A stretch of 64,000 bases of DNA from Candidatus Latescibacterota bacterium. GTDB taxonomy: Bacteria; Latescibacterota; UBA2968; GCA-2709665. This document shows, in pieces, positions 20,418 through 31,499 of this stretch. Every line of letters begins with the position of its first letter. Position 1 is the stretch's first letter. Both the position numbers and the translations under genes were made by a program. Under the pieces are notes generated by a model. The model saw nothing but the letters and a program-made list of their open reading frames with translations, did not search any database and was not told where the DNA came from. The stretch is taken from assembly GCA_965237675.1 (NCBI GenBank), contig OZ250150.1, forward strand, positions 2,528,001 through 2,592,000, read 5' to 3'.

Positions 20418-21614
20418 GTGTCGGATTTCAAACTGAAGGTTCAGGCCGGACCCCACCGGCGTGTCGGATGTCCGGTATCCGTGTTCGTGGAACGATCCGG
20501 GAAAATGCAGCATATCTTCGATCTTCTGGATCGACTGAGGCACCGGGAACGGAATGGAACACTGGTTGGCCCGGATGGGAATACGCCCTGCCAGGTGTGT
20601 CCCGAGGAGGACGGCGTGCGGGTCAGCTGGATCGTGGAAGATCTGCCAGCGGGTGAGACGGCGGGCTATGAACTGGATTTCGGTGGGCAGACGACATCCG
20701 AAGGCGGGGTCGAGTTGTCGGAAGCAGACGACAGGATACAGGTTCAGATTGACGGCGCCTATTTTACGAGCTATTGCTTCGGAAATGACCTGGTGAGACC
20801 GCACCTTTACCCGGTCATCGGACCGTACGGCGATGGAATCACGCGCAGGTTGATCAAGCCAGGGGAGGGCGACCATCACCACCACCGCTCCATCTGGATC
20901 TCGCACGGACACGTGAATGGATGGAATAACTGGGGGGAGGGCGAGGGGCACGCGTGGACGAGGCACCAGCGATTCGAGGGCCTGGAAAGCGGTCCGGTCT
21001 ATGGCCGGATCGTGTCGATCAGCAACTGGGAGGGCGCCGAGGCCTGGCGCGGGGAGCACGGATCGAACGTGATCTGCGAGGAACGCGCGGAGTGGACGTT
21101 CTACCGCACGGGTCCGGATGTACGCATCTTTGACCTGCGCGTCACGCTGACGGCCCCGGGAATCGACGTTCTTTTCGGCGACACGAAAGAAGGCGGCATG
21201 GCTTCCATTCGCCTTGTCGAGTCGATGGAAGTGCGGGCCGGCGAGGGCGGAAAAATCAAAAACGCAATCGGGGGCGTCAACGAGGAGGAGACCTGGGGCA
21301 AACGAGCGGCCTGGTGCCACTATTCCGGACCGGTGAACGGCAACCCTGTGGGTGTGGCCATTATGGACCATCCCGACAGTTTTCGGCATCCCACCTACTG
21401 GCACGTCCGCAACTACGGCCTGATGACGGCCAACCCCTTCGGTCACTCGCATTTTCACAGCGATCCGAAACGGCGTGGGAACCACGTGCTTTCGCCCGGC
21501 GAGTCCCTGACGGGCCTATACAGGTTTTACGTACACAGGGGAGATGCGGCGGAGGGACAGGTCTCGGAACGCTACCATGATTTCGCGCATCCGCCGGTTG
21601 TGGAGGTCGAGTAG
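20418..21614 (+). CDS. DUF6807 ('PmoA family' annotation) beta-sandwich protein
   Basis: RPHLYPV, DHHHHRSIW, FGDTKEGG..IR, WHVRNYGLMTANPF; RBS GGAGG before GTG. Confidence 0.75.
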   Translation: MSDFKLKVQAGPHRRVGCPVSVFVERSGKMQHIFDLLDRLRHRERNGTLVGPDGNTPCQVCPEEDGVRVSWIVEDLPAGETAGYELDFGGQTTSEGGVELSEADDRIQVQIDGAYFTSYCFGNDLVRPHLYPVIGPYGDGITRRLIKPGEGDHHHHRSIWISHGHVNGWNNWGEGEGHAWTRHQRFEGLESGPVYGRIVSISNWEGAEAWRGEHGSNVICEERAEWTFYRTGPDVRIFDLRVTLTAPGIDVLFGDTKEGGMASIRLVESMEVRAGEGGKIKNAIGGVNEEETWGKRAAWCHYSGPVNGNPVGVAIMDHPDSFRHPTYWHVRNYGLMTANPFGHSHFHSDPKRRGNHVLSPGESLTGLYRFYVHRGDAAEGQVSERYHDFAHPPVVEVE

Positions 21615-21660
21615 GACGTATACGCAGCGCGCCGTCTCTCGTTAGGATGGGAATGGCCGG

Positions 21661-23100
21661 ATGGCCGAAATCCTTGAGCGACCACATCTCGTCTTCATCA
21701 CCACGGACCAGCACCGGGGCGACTGCACCGGTATCGACGGGCATCCGATTCTGGAAACACCGCATCTCGACCAGCTTGCGAACGAGGGGGTCTATTTCAC
21801 CAGAGCGTATTCGCCCTGTCCGGTTTGCGTGCCCGCGCGCATGGTCATGATGACGGGTCAGTCGCCGTATAACACCGGTTTCTTCACCAATTCGAACCGC
21901 ACGCTGGAGCGGCCCGAGACCCTGCCCGGAATCCTGGGCGGGATGGGATATCAGACACAGCTGATCGGCAAGGCGCACTTCAGCCCGCAACGCGCGCGCC
22001 TGGGATTCGACAATACCATTATTAACGAGTCCGGCCGGTACCGGGAGGGCGACGATTATCACCGGTGGTTGAGCAAGACGCCATACGCGGGGTTGGAGCG
22101 GGCCACGAGCATCGGAAACAACGATGTATTCTCCCGAAGGTCGGTCGTACCCGAGACGCATCACGTGAATACCTGGACGGCAAACGAGTGCATCGAGTTT
22201 CTGGACAGGAGGGATCCCACCTGTCCGTTTTTTCTTTGGATGTCTTTCAGCCGGCCACATTCGCAATACGATCCGCCAGCGCCGTACGACGCCTGGTACG
22301 ATCCGGAAGATGTGCCGCCGCCCATACCGACCCCCGGCGACGACTTTCTTCCCCCGGAATTGAGGGAGGCGCCCGTGCGCTACGACTGGGATCGCATGTC
22401 GCCTGCGCGGATCGCCCGGGCGCGGCAGCATTACTTCGGGCAGATTACCCATATCGACCATCAGATCGGGCGGTTCTTTGCCGCGCTCCGCTGGAAGGGG
22501 TTGTGGGACAATACACTGGTGATCTTTACCTCGGACCACGGAGATATGATGGGAGATTACGGTCTCTTCTTCAAATCCCATTTCTTTGAGGGTTCCGGTC
22601 GCGTGCCGATGATCTTACGTCCGCCGGGAGGTTGGGAGGGGGCGATCCCGGCCCAGCGGTACGAGAAGCCGGTGTCGCTGGTGGATATGCTGCCCACGCT
22701 GGTGTCGGCGGCAGGGGGCCGTGTCCCGGATCGCGCGGACGGAGTGTCGCTGCTGCCCGCGCTGCGAGGCAGAGATCCGGTTGGAGATCGGATATTTCAC
22801 GGAGAAATCGGTGGGGAGAAGCGGCGCCACCACTGCCTGACGGACGGGCGGTACAAGTACATGTGGTTCCGGCTCGGCGGCCGGGAGTATCTGTTCGACC
22901 TCAAGGAAGATCCGAACGAGGTAAATAACCTGGCCGCAGATGAAGCCCGTGTGATCGAATGGAGAAACCGGTTGATTAAACTCCTCGAACTGCGCGGCGA
23001 TCAGGCAGTACGCAATGGCGCGTTACTTCCCACCACGTATGAGCCCACGCCTGAGGCGGAATTACGGGCCATAGATCCCTTCGGCAGAAGACCGCATTAG
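21661..23100 (+). CDS. Formylglycine-dependent sulfatase
   Basis: TDQHR, CVPAR (CxPxR), GKAH, SDHG, VPMI. Confidence 0.9.
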   Translation: MAEILERPHLVFITTDQHRGDCTGIDGHPILETPHLDQLANEGVYFTRAYSPCPVCVPARMVMMTGQSPYNTGFFTNSNRTLERPETLPGILGGMGYQTQLIGKAHFSPQRARLGFDNTIINESGRYREGDDYHRWLSKTPYAGLERATSIGNNDVFSRRSVVPETHHVNTWTANECIEFLDRRDPTCPFFLWMSFSRPHSQYDPPAPYDAWYDPEDVPPPIPTPGDDFLPPELREAPVRYDWDRMSPARIARARQHYFGQITHIDHQIGRFFAALRWKGLWDNTLVIFTSDHGDMMGDYGLFFKSHFFEGSGRVPMILRPPGGWEGAIPAQRYEKPVSLVDMLPTLVSAAGGRVPDRADGVSLLPALRGRDPVGDRIFHGEIGGEKRRHHCLTDGRYKYMWFRLGGREYLFDLKEDPNEVNNLAADEARVIEWRNRLIKLLELRGDQAVRNGALLPTTYEPTPEAELRAIDPFGRRPH

Positions 23101-23292
23101 TCCGGGAAACGACAGGATAGGACACGTGTTGGATGTGCCGCCGTGCAGGATGCGGAGGCCGACTGGAAAGACGTTCCGTCATTGAGAATGTCTCTTCGAT
23201 GTTGCACAAGCAATGTATATCGCAACCTGCTTTCCCGCCACGTGCATCCGCGTGCGGGTTTCATAAGGGCACAAAACGGGGATCCGATTTTT

Positions 23293-23775
23293 GTGGCTGA
23301 ATCTCTTGAAGAGCGATTGGGTCGAATGCTGGTCGAGCGGAGTTGGACCCTTTCGGTGGCCGAGACCACGACGGGTGGGTTGATCTGCGCCAGGATCGTG
23401 GGTACACCGGGCAGTTCGGCTTACTTCGAACGCGGCGTGGTGGCTTACAGTACGAAGGCCAAAATCCAGGCGCTGGAGATATCCGAATCCCTGCTGGAGA
23501 GCTGTGGGACCGTCAGTGAGGAGGTGGCCGTGGCCATGGCCGAAGCTGTGGCCAGGGCGGGCCATACAACGCTGGGCCTGGCCGAAACGGGCCTTGCCGG
23601 TCCGATTCGGGGGCGCTCCGCCAAGCCCCTCGGGACGGCATATATTGCGCTTTGTACGCCGGAAGGCACGCGATGCGAACGCTTTGCGTTCGAAGGCGAC
23701 CGGCGTGGGATTCGCGAACGGATTGCCGAGCAGGCGCTGGCGATGGCGGTTGCCTATGCGAAAGATGCCGCTTGA
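23293..23775 (+). CDS. CinA C-terminal / PncC-family NMN deamidase
   Basis: SVAETTTGGLI..PGSSAYF.RGVVAYS, TGLAGP; probable GTG start at 23293. Confidence 0.8.
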   Translation: MAESLEERLGRMLVERSWTLSVAETTTGGLICARIVGTPGSSAYFERGVVAYSTKAKIQALEISESLLESCGTVSEEVAVAMAEAVARAGHTTLGLAETGLAGPIRGRSAKPLGTAYIALCTPEGTRCERFAFEGDRRGIRERIAEQALAMAVAYAKDAA

Positions 23776-23848
23776 CACCGGTTGGTTATTATCATACATT
23801 CAAACTTCGATCTGAAGAAGGTCCCCTTAATCAGAAGTTGGAGGTGGC

Positions 23849-24133
23849 ATGGCAAAAGAGGAGAAGGTTTCCCTCGAAGGAACCGTCGCGGACACGCTTC
23901 CCGACGGACAGTATATGGTGGAAGTGGAGGGGGGGCATCAGATTCTGGGTTACACGTCCGGCAAGATGCGCCGGTTCAACATCCGGGTTCTGGTGGGCGA
24001 CCGAGTGACGATCGAGACCTCGCCTTACGATTTGAATCGTGGGCGCATCGTGTGGCTGCACCGGTTGCCCCCACCCGAAAATGGTGGCGCGCGGCGCAAG
24101 TCGGGTGGTAACCGACCCAGGCGCCGGCGTTAA
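23849..24133 (+). CDS. infA: Translation initiation factor IF-1 with basic C-terminal extension
   Basis: MAKEE..EGTV..TLP...SGKMRRFNIRVLVGDRV..SPYDLNRGRI; RBS GGAGG. Confidence 0.95.
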   Translation: MAKEEKVSLEGTVADTLPDGQYMVEVEGGHQILGYTSGKMRRFNIRVLVGDRVTIETSPYDLNRGRIVWLHRLPPPENGGARRKSGGNRPRRRR

Positions 24134-24480
24134 CCCGGTGGTCGCCTTCGCCCGCATTTCGGCGGAGTTCCGATCTATACGTGCCTCTGTCCCAATAGCG
24201 ATGTAACAGCGGCTGCATGAGTTGTATATTGTTACTACCCTGAACTTGCTCGGGCCGATTCTTAATATTGATCGGCCCATGTTTTTTGGTACCTCGGATT
24301 CCTTCCTTCTCACCCGTCCTTACGATGTGGCCGCACAACCTCGCGTCGTCGCCGCCGGTATCGGCGAAGTCCCCGATAGTCGGCCGCTGAATTCCTGCCG
24401 CATCGAGCCCGGCACCCGCTCCAACCCGGGTCGTCACGTCTCCGAATGGATAGAGCGGGTTCACCGTCGGGGGGTAACGG

Positions 24481-24969
24481 ATGGCAAAGACCGCCGCGGA
24501 TAGCAAGGCGAAGTTTCAGCCGTACCACGACGAGTTCGATTCGCTCAGGAAGGGACTGAAGAAAATGGCCTGGGCAAAGGACTGGAATTTCAAAGCGGAG
24601 ATGTTCGGAGAGCCCAGGATCCGGGGCGCGTCCATTCGAATGTGGAAGAAGCGCTGGCCTGAAGAGATCCACTTCGAGAGCTGGGTCGGGAATGCCGATA
24701 TTGAACGCGGCAGCGCGACGCTCGCATTTCATCTCGAGACACCGCTGGGCGACTTCGGCGTCCGGCGCAACGAATTCAACCGGCTGCTGATTGAGCGCGG
24801 GGCAGAGATGATGGGCGATTGGAAGGGATTTACCCTGTCGCCCAGGTCGTTCCAGACCATCAAACGCCATGTCCGTTTTGAACAGGGTAAAATCGCGGAA
24901 GCGCTAACACCCGAGTTCAGCCGGCTACAGCGTCTGGGCGAGCCCATTGACCAGGCTCTGAACCTGTGA
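24481..24969 (+). CDS. Hypothetical protein
   Basis: 162 aa ORF with host-like codon usage, same strand as neighbours; no family recognised. Confidence 0.6.
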   Translation: MAKTAADSKAKFQPYHDEFDSLRKGLKKMAWAKDWNFKAEMFGEPRIRGASIRMWKKRWPEEIHFESWVGNADIERGSATLAFHLETPLGDFGVRRNEFNRLLIERGAEMMGDWKGFTLSPRSFQTIKRHVRFEQGKIAEALTPEFSRLQRLGEPIDQALNL

Positions 24970-25102
24970 ATAGCGAGCGAGGCCAGCGGCCCTCGGTTCA
25001 TTGATGCCCGGCCACGCCGATCCGCGATCAATTTGCGAGAAGAGATGCGCGCCGCCGGATGAAGGCGACCGGTTCCCGACGTTCAAAGAAAAGGAGTTGA
25101 AG

Positions 25103-26698
25103 ATGCGGAATTTCCTTCTGTTCGCCTTATCGACCGGCTCGATGCTTGCGCTGGTGACAATGGCTGCCCGGAAATCGGGCAGTCCAGCGGCGCAGGGGAG
25201 CCAGACCTCTGAGACGGGCGGAATCACCACGACCGCGCCGGCGATGATGACGGGCCGGAACGGATGGCGCGTGGAGCCGTTGTTTACGGTGGGGGAAGAG
25301 GTCGACGGGTACCGTCCGCCAGGCATTCTGGATGGGATCGGCGCCATGGAAATCCGGCCGGGCGTGGTCCGCATCCTGGTCAACCATGAATTGGATGCTG
25401 AGGACGGGTACGCGTACAGCCTCGGTAACCGTACGGAACTGACCGGCGCGCGGGTGAGCTATTTCGATCTGGATGCCAACACCAGGAAACTCCTGGATGC
25501 GGGTCTGGCCTACGACAGGGCGGTGGACAAAGCCGGCCGCGAGGTCACGGACCCGTCGCAGATCCACGAGGGGAACATTGAGGGTAGCGAGAAGGACGGT
25601 TTCGATCGCTTCTGTTCCAGCAACCTTTTCACCGCGGGAGAGTATGGCCTTGCGGACGACGTTTATTTCTGTGGCGAAGAGGTCACCGACGGGCTGGCGC
25701 ATGCGCTGGATATCCGCCGCCGCGCCATTTACGCATTGCCGTGGCTGGGGCGCGGCACGTGGGAGAACGTGACCCTGTTGGACACGGGCGACAGCGACAA
25801 AGTGGCCGTTCTGCTGGGAGACGACCGGCGGGGCGCGCCGCTGTACCTCTACGTGGGACGGAAAGGGACGGGCGGCTTCCTCGAGCGCAACGGCCTGACA
25901 GGCGGCGATATGTTCGTCTGGGTCGCGAACAACGGCGACAGGACACCGGAGGATTGGAACGGGACGAAAACGAGCCGCGCCGGGAGGTTGGTCAGGATCA
26001 ATATTCATTCACCGGATCGGGCGGGCAGGGCCGGGTACGACGAACTGGGCTTTGCGACACAGGCGAAACAGGATGAATTGGTCGGCGCGGTGGGCGGGTT
26101 CCGCTTCTCGCGCCCGGAGGACGTGGCGACGAACCCGGAGCGCGGTACGCAGGCCGTGATGGCCTCGACGGGGCACGGAAGTGCATACCCCTCGGACGAC
26201 TGGGGAGCGACCTATGTCATCGACGCGGACATCGGCGCGATGACCGCGTCGATCCGAATCCTCTACGATGGCGACGATGCCGGCGACGGGCAATTCACGC
26301 ATCCGGACATGGGCCTGCGCAACCCGGACAACCTGGACTGGGCGGACAACGGGATGATCTACGTTCAGGAGGACCGGTCCACCCGGAAGGCGACCTTCGG
26401 CAAAAAAAGCGGCATCGAGGCGTCCGTATGGGAAGTGAACCCCGCCACCGGAAAGCTGACACGGATTGCCGTGATCGACCGCTCCGCGCTGCCTCCCGGA
26501 CAGACGGATTCGGACCCCACCGACCTCGGCGACTGGGAATCGTCGGGCGTTCTGGACGTGACCAGCCTTTTCACCACCGCACCCGGCGAGGTGCTCCTGT
26601 TTGGCAACGTCCAGGCCCACAGCGTCCGGGATGGAGACATAAATAAACACGACCTCGTCCAGGGCGGACAGATCGTGTTCTTCTCGAAGACGCGGTGA
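25103..26698 (+). CDS. PhoX-like (DUF839) alkaline phosphatase
   Basis: LVNHE, RFCS, GRGTWEN, FSRPED, NPDNL, QED, WESSG, NVQAH; RBS AAGGAG before ATG 25103; signal peptide. Confidence 0.8.
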   Translation: MRNFLLFALSTGSMLALVTMAARKSGSPAAQGSQTSETGGITTTAPAMMTGRNGWRVEPLFTVGEEVDGYRPPGILDGIGAMEIRPGVVRILVNHELDAEDGYAYSLGNRTELTGARVSYFDLDANTRKLLDAGLAYDRAVDKAGREVTDPSQIHEGNIEGSEKDGFDRFCSSNLFTAGEYGLADDVYFCGEEVTDGLAHALDIRRRAIYALPWLGRGTWENVTLLDTGDSDKVAVLLGDDRRGAPLYLYVGRKGTGGFLERNGLTGGDMFVWVANNGDRTPEDWNGTKTSRAGRLVRINIHSPDRAGRAGYDELGFATQAKQDELVGAVGGFRFSRPEDVATNPERGTQAVMASTGHGSAYPSDDWGATYVIDADIGAMTASIRILYDGDDAGDGQFTHPDMGLRNPDNLDWADNGMIYVQEDRSTRKATFGKKSGIEASVWEVNPATGKLTRIAVIDRSALPPGQTDSDPTDLGDWESSGVLDVTSLFTTAPGEVLLFGNVQAHSVRDGDINKHDLVQGGQIVFFSKTR

Positions 26699-26784
26699 GC
26701 ATCGTGTAGGAAGTGATCAGTATTAATTGGTGGTCGGCGGCATCTGCCCCGCGACCATAGCTCTGAGTCACTCCCCAACGTCTT

Positions 26785-26809
26785 GTAGGGGCGTCCCTTG
26801 TGGGCGCCC
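26785..26809 (+). repeat. GTAG-family REP palindrome
   Basis: GTAGGGGCGTCCCTTGTGGGCGCCC. Confidence 0.8.
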
Positions 26810-27164
26810 TGCCTCAGATCGGGCTTCCGTAGCGTTCTGCGTCGTGGCGGCATTGGTTTTCAAAATGGGGACGCTGGTATCTTGCTCGCACAGGCTGGCA
26901 TCAGATTTTCAAGGAAGCAATGTTAGTCGTAGCAAGGCAACGCTATGTCAACAACGAGAAAGAAGGGGAAGCACAAGAGAGGCCGTCCAGATGTCAAACC
27001 GTCGTCTGAAGCAGTCGACGAACTACCGGAAAACGTAAAGCGGGCGCCATTGAGCCCACGGCAAAGAGTACCGGGCGAGTGGAAGTATCTCGATCGGAGC
27101 CGGTGAGGGGTAACTGATCCTTGCGTTATTTGGACTCACACTACTACCGTGAGCAGGTATAGAT

Positions 27165-30100
27165 ATGTCAGGCCGTTTATTTACGGATTATTTCCTCACG
27201 GATGGCATCAAGGACACCGACGAATGGAAATCCTCGGTTGAGGATGTGGAGGCGTTTACCACATTTAGAGACAGCTTAGGCCAGCGTTACGCGGCCCTCT
27301 GTCGTTCCGGGGATCCAAACGAGGCGGTAACCGAGCAGGAGCTGATCCGACCGGTTCTGGAGTTGCTGGGGTGGACGCACTATCTGCCCCAGCAGGGCAC
27401 GGCTCGCAACGAGGATATTCCCGACCATCTGCTTTTCGCCGATGCCGACTCCAAGCAGCGCGCCTCCGCGGAACGCAACGCGGTTGACCGCTTCCGGAAC
27501 GCTGCCGTAGTGCAGGAGAGCAAGCGCTTCGGGCTGTCCCTGGACGACCGTAACAAGGACGATAGATCCCAGTCGAGGACGCCGCATGGCCAGATTCGCA
27601 GGTACCTCTCGACGGCCGATATCGAGTCGGAGGGCCGAATTCGCTGGGGAATGCTGACTAATGGCAGAGTTTGGCGTCTCTACGATCAACGTGCCCGGCC
27701 CCGAGCGACCGGTTACTTTGAAGCCGATCTCGAAGATCATCTAAAGCCTGAACGAGAAGACCACTTACGGGTTTTTTATCTCTTGTTTCTCCGTGAGTCA
27801 TTTGTACTTCATAAGGGTGCCACGGCGACGTTTCTTGAATCGGCGCTTGACGAAGGGCGTCGCTACGAGGAAGAGGTCGCGCAGGACATTTCCGGGGTTG
27901 TATTCGATCGTGTGTTTCCCGATCTGGTTGAGGCGCTGGCCAAAAAGTCTGGCGAAACTCTCCCAGAATGCCGGGAGGCAGCGCTGATTCTTCTCTATCG
28001 CTTGTTCTTCGTGCTCTACGCGGAGGACAGGGGCCTTCTGCCCGTCCACGATTCGCGTTACGACGACTATGGCCTGCGTAAGCGGGTGCGCGACGATATC
28101 GCTGGCAGGATGGCTGATGAAGACACCTTCTCCTCCATTGTTACCAACTACTACGGTCGGCTTGTCGATCTCTTTCAAGTGATCGATAAAGGCGATCCGT
28201 CTATCGGACTTCCGGCCTACAATGGGGGACTGTTTGCGCCAGAAGCCGCTCCAATACTAGAACGGATCCGACTAGCGGACGCGGACATCGCTCCTATCGT
28301 CTATGACCTCAGTCACACGGGTAATCGGCGGGACGAGCGCCGATTTGTCAATTACCGTGATATGTCCGTGCAGCAACTCGGCTCAATCTACGAGCGGCTC
28401 CTAGAACACCAGCCTGTATGGGACGACAACGGCAAGATCGTGACCCGACCCAATCCATATGCGCGCAAGGACAGCGGCAGGTTTTATACGCCGCAGGAAC
28501 TGGTGGATCTAATCGTGGACCGCACTCTAAAACCGCTGGCTGAGGAGCGACTCAAAGCCTTCGAAGACAAGGCCGCCGCGCTCAAGAGCGACCCCAGGCC
28601 AAAGTTCGAACGACGGGCTGAACTTGAGCGGCTCGATCCGGCCGAAGCGGTGCTTGAATTAAAGGTCCTGGACCCGGCCATGGGAAGCGGCCATTTCCTG
28701 GTTACCGCATTGGACTTCCTGTCCGACTGCATCGCTGAATTGATCGAATACGTCCCTGTTGTACCCGAGTGGCTGAATGGCGCCTATGAGTCACCCCTGG
28801 TCAAACGCGTGGAGTCGATTCGCGGCGAAATCATACGTCGAGCTGAAGAATTGAGATGGGTGTTGGACGAGGAGCAACTTAATGACCAGTCCATCATTCG
28901 GCGAATGGTGCTAAAACGGTGCATCTACGGGGTGGACAAGAATCCCTTGACCGTGGAGTTGGCAAAAGTGTCGCTTTGGCTGCACAGCTTTACAGTGGGA
29001 GCACCTTTGTCCTTCCTCGACCATCATCTTCGCTGTGGCGACTCATTGCTCGGCCTGAAGGTGTTCCAAGGACGTAAGGATCTGGAAACATTGGGTGGGG
29101 GCCTTTTTGCCGGTTCCGCCATCGCGGGAGCCGAGACCGCTACGACTGGAATGCGGCGCATCGAAAGGATGTCCGACGCGGACGTGGCCGAAGTGCGGGA
29201 GTCAGCGACGTTGTTCCACGTGGTGGAGGGTACAACCGCGGACCTACGCGGTTTGCTCGACTTCCTTTGCGCCCACCGATGGTTGACCGGAGGAATGAAG
29301 AAGAAGGAAAGGAATGCTTTCGTGGCGCCGTTGGTGATGACTCTCGGCGTGTATCAAAAGAACGCGTACAAGCTGCTAGCCCGTGGGCCGAAATATGCGG
29401 TGGACGGTTCCCCCAAGCCCGGCGATGCCGACTGGACGGCGTTTCGCGAGCAGTGGCGGGATGCACGAGCCGTCGCCGATCAGGAAGGCTTCCTCCACTG
29501 GGAGTTAGCCTTTCCGGGGGTTTGGCACGATTGGCAAAAAACCCGCCCGCAAGGCGGTTTCGACGCCGTGATCGGCAATCCGCCGTGGGACCGCATCAAG
29601 CTGCAGGAGGTGGAGTGGTTTGCAACGCGCGACCCCGAACTCGCTCACGCGCCGACGGCAGCCGCCCGGCGGACGGGCATCCAGCGATTGCGGGACCATG
29701 GATCGCTATTTACGGCCGAGTTCGACGCCGCCAGGACGCGGTCGGAAAGCCTTGCCCGGATGGTTCGATCCTATGGCGATTACCCGTTACTGGGCGGCGG
29801 CGACGTCAATCTGTATTCGGTTTTCGTCGAACGGGCTATGAGCCTTATCAAGCCTGACGGTATAATCGGCCTGCTGACGCCGTCAGGCATTTATGGCGAC
29901 AAGACTGCAGCCCGCTTTTTCAAGTCGGTGTCCACGAGCGGACGGGTAGGTGGCCTGTTTGATTTTGAGAACAAGAAAATTTTCTTCAAGGACGTTCACG
30001 CTTCGTTTAAGTTCTGCGCACTCATTCTTGGCGGACAGGAACGGAAGTTCGACCAGGCCGATTGCGCCTTTTTCCTGCACGACACGGAAACGATCCAGGA

Positions 30101-31196
30101 TGAGGACCGCTGCTTTCCATTGACGCCCGCGGACTTCGCCCGAGTGAACCCGAATACGGGCACTGCTCCCGTGTTCCGCAGCCGAAGAGACGCCGAGATC
30201 ACCCGCCGCATCTACAAGCGGCACCCAGTGCTGGTGGACCGCTCCATGGGTGACGAGTCACGCGCTTGGCCGGTTAAGTACGTTCGCATGTTTGACATGA
30301 CTAACGACTCGCACTTGTTCAACACCGGTGAGCAGCTCAAAGCCGACGGCTTTTACCCTGTGCAGGGCAATCGTTGGATGAAGGGTAAGGAGTTGTATTT
30401 GCCCTTGTACCAGGGCCGAATGATCCATCAGTTTGACCATCGGGCTAACTCTGTTCGAATCAACCCAGAAAGTACACACAACCCCTATCTCAGTGAGGAA
30501 GTGACCGAAGCAGAGCACGCAGATCCAAAATTCTCTCCACAAGCCCAGTATTGGGTGCCGGCCTCTATAGTGGAAAAGACTCTGTCCCAGAATCAAGGGA
30601 ACGGGTTGGGATTCAGGGATATCGCCCGTTCCACTGATGTGAGAACCGTAATTGCTACCGTTGTACCGTGGGCTGGTTATGGCAATAAGGTTCCGCTACT
30701 CATCAGCGAGGATGCTGTGTGTGCCACATGTCTTGTGGCGAACCTTAATGCTTTTTCCTTGGACTTCGTCGCACGGCAAAAGATCCAAGGTACGAGCTTA
30801 AATCTCTACATCCTTGAGCAACTCCCCGTCATCGCGTCTGCAGCCTACGACCGCAATTTCGGTTCTATCACTGCCCGTGACCTCGCCCAGGATCACGTCC
30901 TTCGCCTTACCTACACAGCCCACGACATGGCACCCTTCGCCCGTGACCTCGGCTATGAAGTTCCGCCTTTTGTCTGGAATGAAGAGGAACGCCGTCACCT
31001 TCGCGCACGGCTCGACGCGCTCTACTTCCACCTATACGGGCTGTCGCGCGACGACGCTGGGTACATACTTGACACCTTTCCAATTGTTCGCCGAGAAGAC
31101 AATAAAGCCTTCGGCCGCTACCGCACCCGCGAGATGATTTTAGCCTACATGAACGCCCTCGATGCCGGAGATACGGAGACGGTGATGGATGTCTAA
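27165..31196 (+). CDS. Type IIG (Eco57I-like) restriction endonuclease-adenine methyltransferase fusion
   Basis: N-terminal PD..ESK nuclease and LTNGRVWRLY; YNGGLF, LGSIYERLL, FYTP, VLDPAMGSGHFL (motif I), GNPPW (motif IV); C-terminal TRD. Confidence 0.9.
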   Translation: MSGRLFTDYFLTDGIKDTDEWKSSVEDVEAFTTFRDSLGQRYAALCRSGDPNEAVTEQELIRPVLELLGWTHYLPQQGTARNEDIPDHLLFADADSKQRASAERNAVDRFRNAAVVQESKRFGLSLDDRNKDDRSQSRTPHGQIRRYLSTADIESEGRIRWGMLTNGRVWRLYDQRARPRATGYFEADLEDHLKPEREDHLRVFYLLFLRESFVLHKGATATFLESALDEGRRYEEEVAQDISGVVFDRVFPDLVEALAKKSGETLPECREAALILLYRLFFVLYAEDRGLLPVHDSRYDDYGLRKRVRDDIAGRMADEDTFSSIVTNYYGRLVDLFQVIDKGDPSIGLPAYNGGLFAPEAAPILERIRLADADIAPIVYDLSHTGNRRDERRFVNYRDMSVQQLGSIYERLLEHQPVWDDNGKIVTRPNPYARKDSGRFYTPQELVDLIVDRTLKPLAEERLKAFEDKAAALKSDPRPKFERRAELERLDPAEAVLELKVLDPAMGSGHFLVTALDFLSDCIAELIEYVPVVPEWLNGAYESPLVKRVESIRGEIIRRAEELRWVLDEEQLNDQSIIRRMVLKRCIYGVDKNPLTVELAKVSLWLHSFTVGAPLSFLDHHLRCGDSLLGLKVFQGRKDLETLGGGLFAGSAIAGAETATTGMRRIERMSDADVAEVRESATLFHVVEGTTADLRGLLDFLCAHRWLTGGMKKKERNAFVAPLVMTLGVYQKNAYKLLARGPKYAVDGSPKPGDADWTAFREQWRDARAVADQEGFLHWELAFPGVWHDWQKTRPQGGFDAVIGNPPWDRIKLQEVEWFATRDPELAHAPTAAARRTGIQRLRDHGSLFTAEFDAARTRSESLARMVRSYGDYPLLGGGDVNLYSVFVERAMSLIKPDGIIGLLTPSGIYGDKTAARFFKSVSTSGRVGGLFDFENKKIFFKDVHASFKFCALILGGQERKFDQADCAFFLHDTETIQDEDRCFPLTPADFARVNPNTGTAPVFRSRRDAEITRRIYKRHPVLVDRSMGDESRAWPVKYVRMFDMTNDSHLFNTGEQLKADGFYPVQGNRWMKGKELYLPLYQGRMIHQFDHRANSVRINPESTHNPYLSEEVTEAEHADPKFSPQAQYWVPASIVEKTLSQNQGNGLGFRDIARSTDVRTVIATVVPWAGYGNKVPLLISEDAVCATCLVANLNAFSLDFVARQKIQGTSLNLYILEQLPVIASAAYDRNFGSITARDLAQDHVLRLTYTAHDMAPFARDLGYEVPPFVWNEEERRHLRARLDALYFHLYGLSRDDAGYILDTFPIVRREDNKAFGRYRTREMILAYMNALDAGDTETVMDV

Positions 31197-31286
31197 GCGA
31201 TATATGCCGCCATCGTTTGCAGGCAAGGATAACTTTCAATTTGCAAAGAAGTTAGATATAGTATAGGTTGGTCAGGGGGGAATATC

Positions 31287-31484
31287 ATGGACGAAAAAAG
31301 TGAGACAGAACCCGTCCCGGATGACTACCTGAAGATGTTGAAAAAGGTCAAAGAGCAATATCAGCAATACGTGGAAGTCAGCGAGCTGTATGAGTTGCCG
31401 GTCCAACCGGAGGAAGAACCGGTACAATATCAGCCTCCCAGCCCTGAATATCCTCTCACGACGAATAAAATATGCATCGGCTAA
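31287..31484 (+). CDS. Small acidic hypothetical protein (65 aa)
   Basis: ATG preceded by a purine-rich RBS; a diverged second copy at 32285-32486 supports a real gene family. Confidence 0.6.
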   Translation: MDEKSETEPVPDDYLKMLKKVKEQYQQYVEVSELYELPVQPEEEPVQYQPPSPEYPLTTNKICIG

Positions 31485-31499
31485 CCGGATCGAACATGC

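Noticed and set aside
20418-21614. Methane monooxygenase
   Set aside because: The 'PmoA family' label of this soluble DUF6807-type protein is misleading; there are no TM helices and no pmoB/pmoC.
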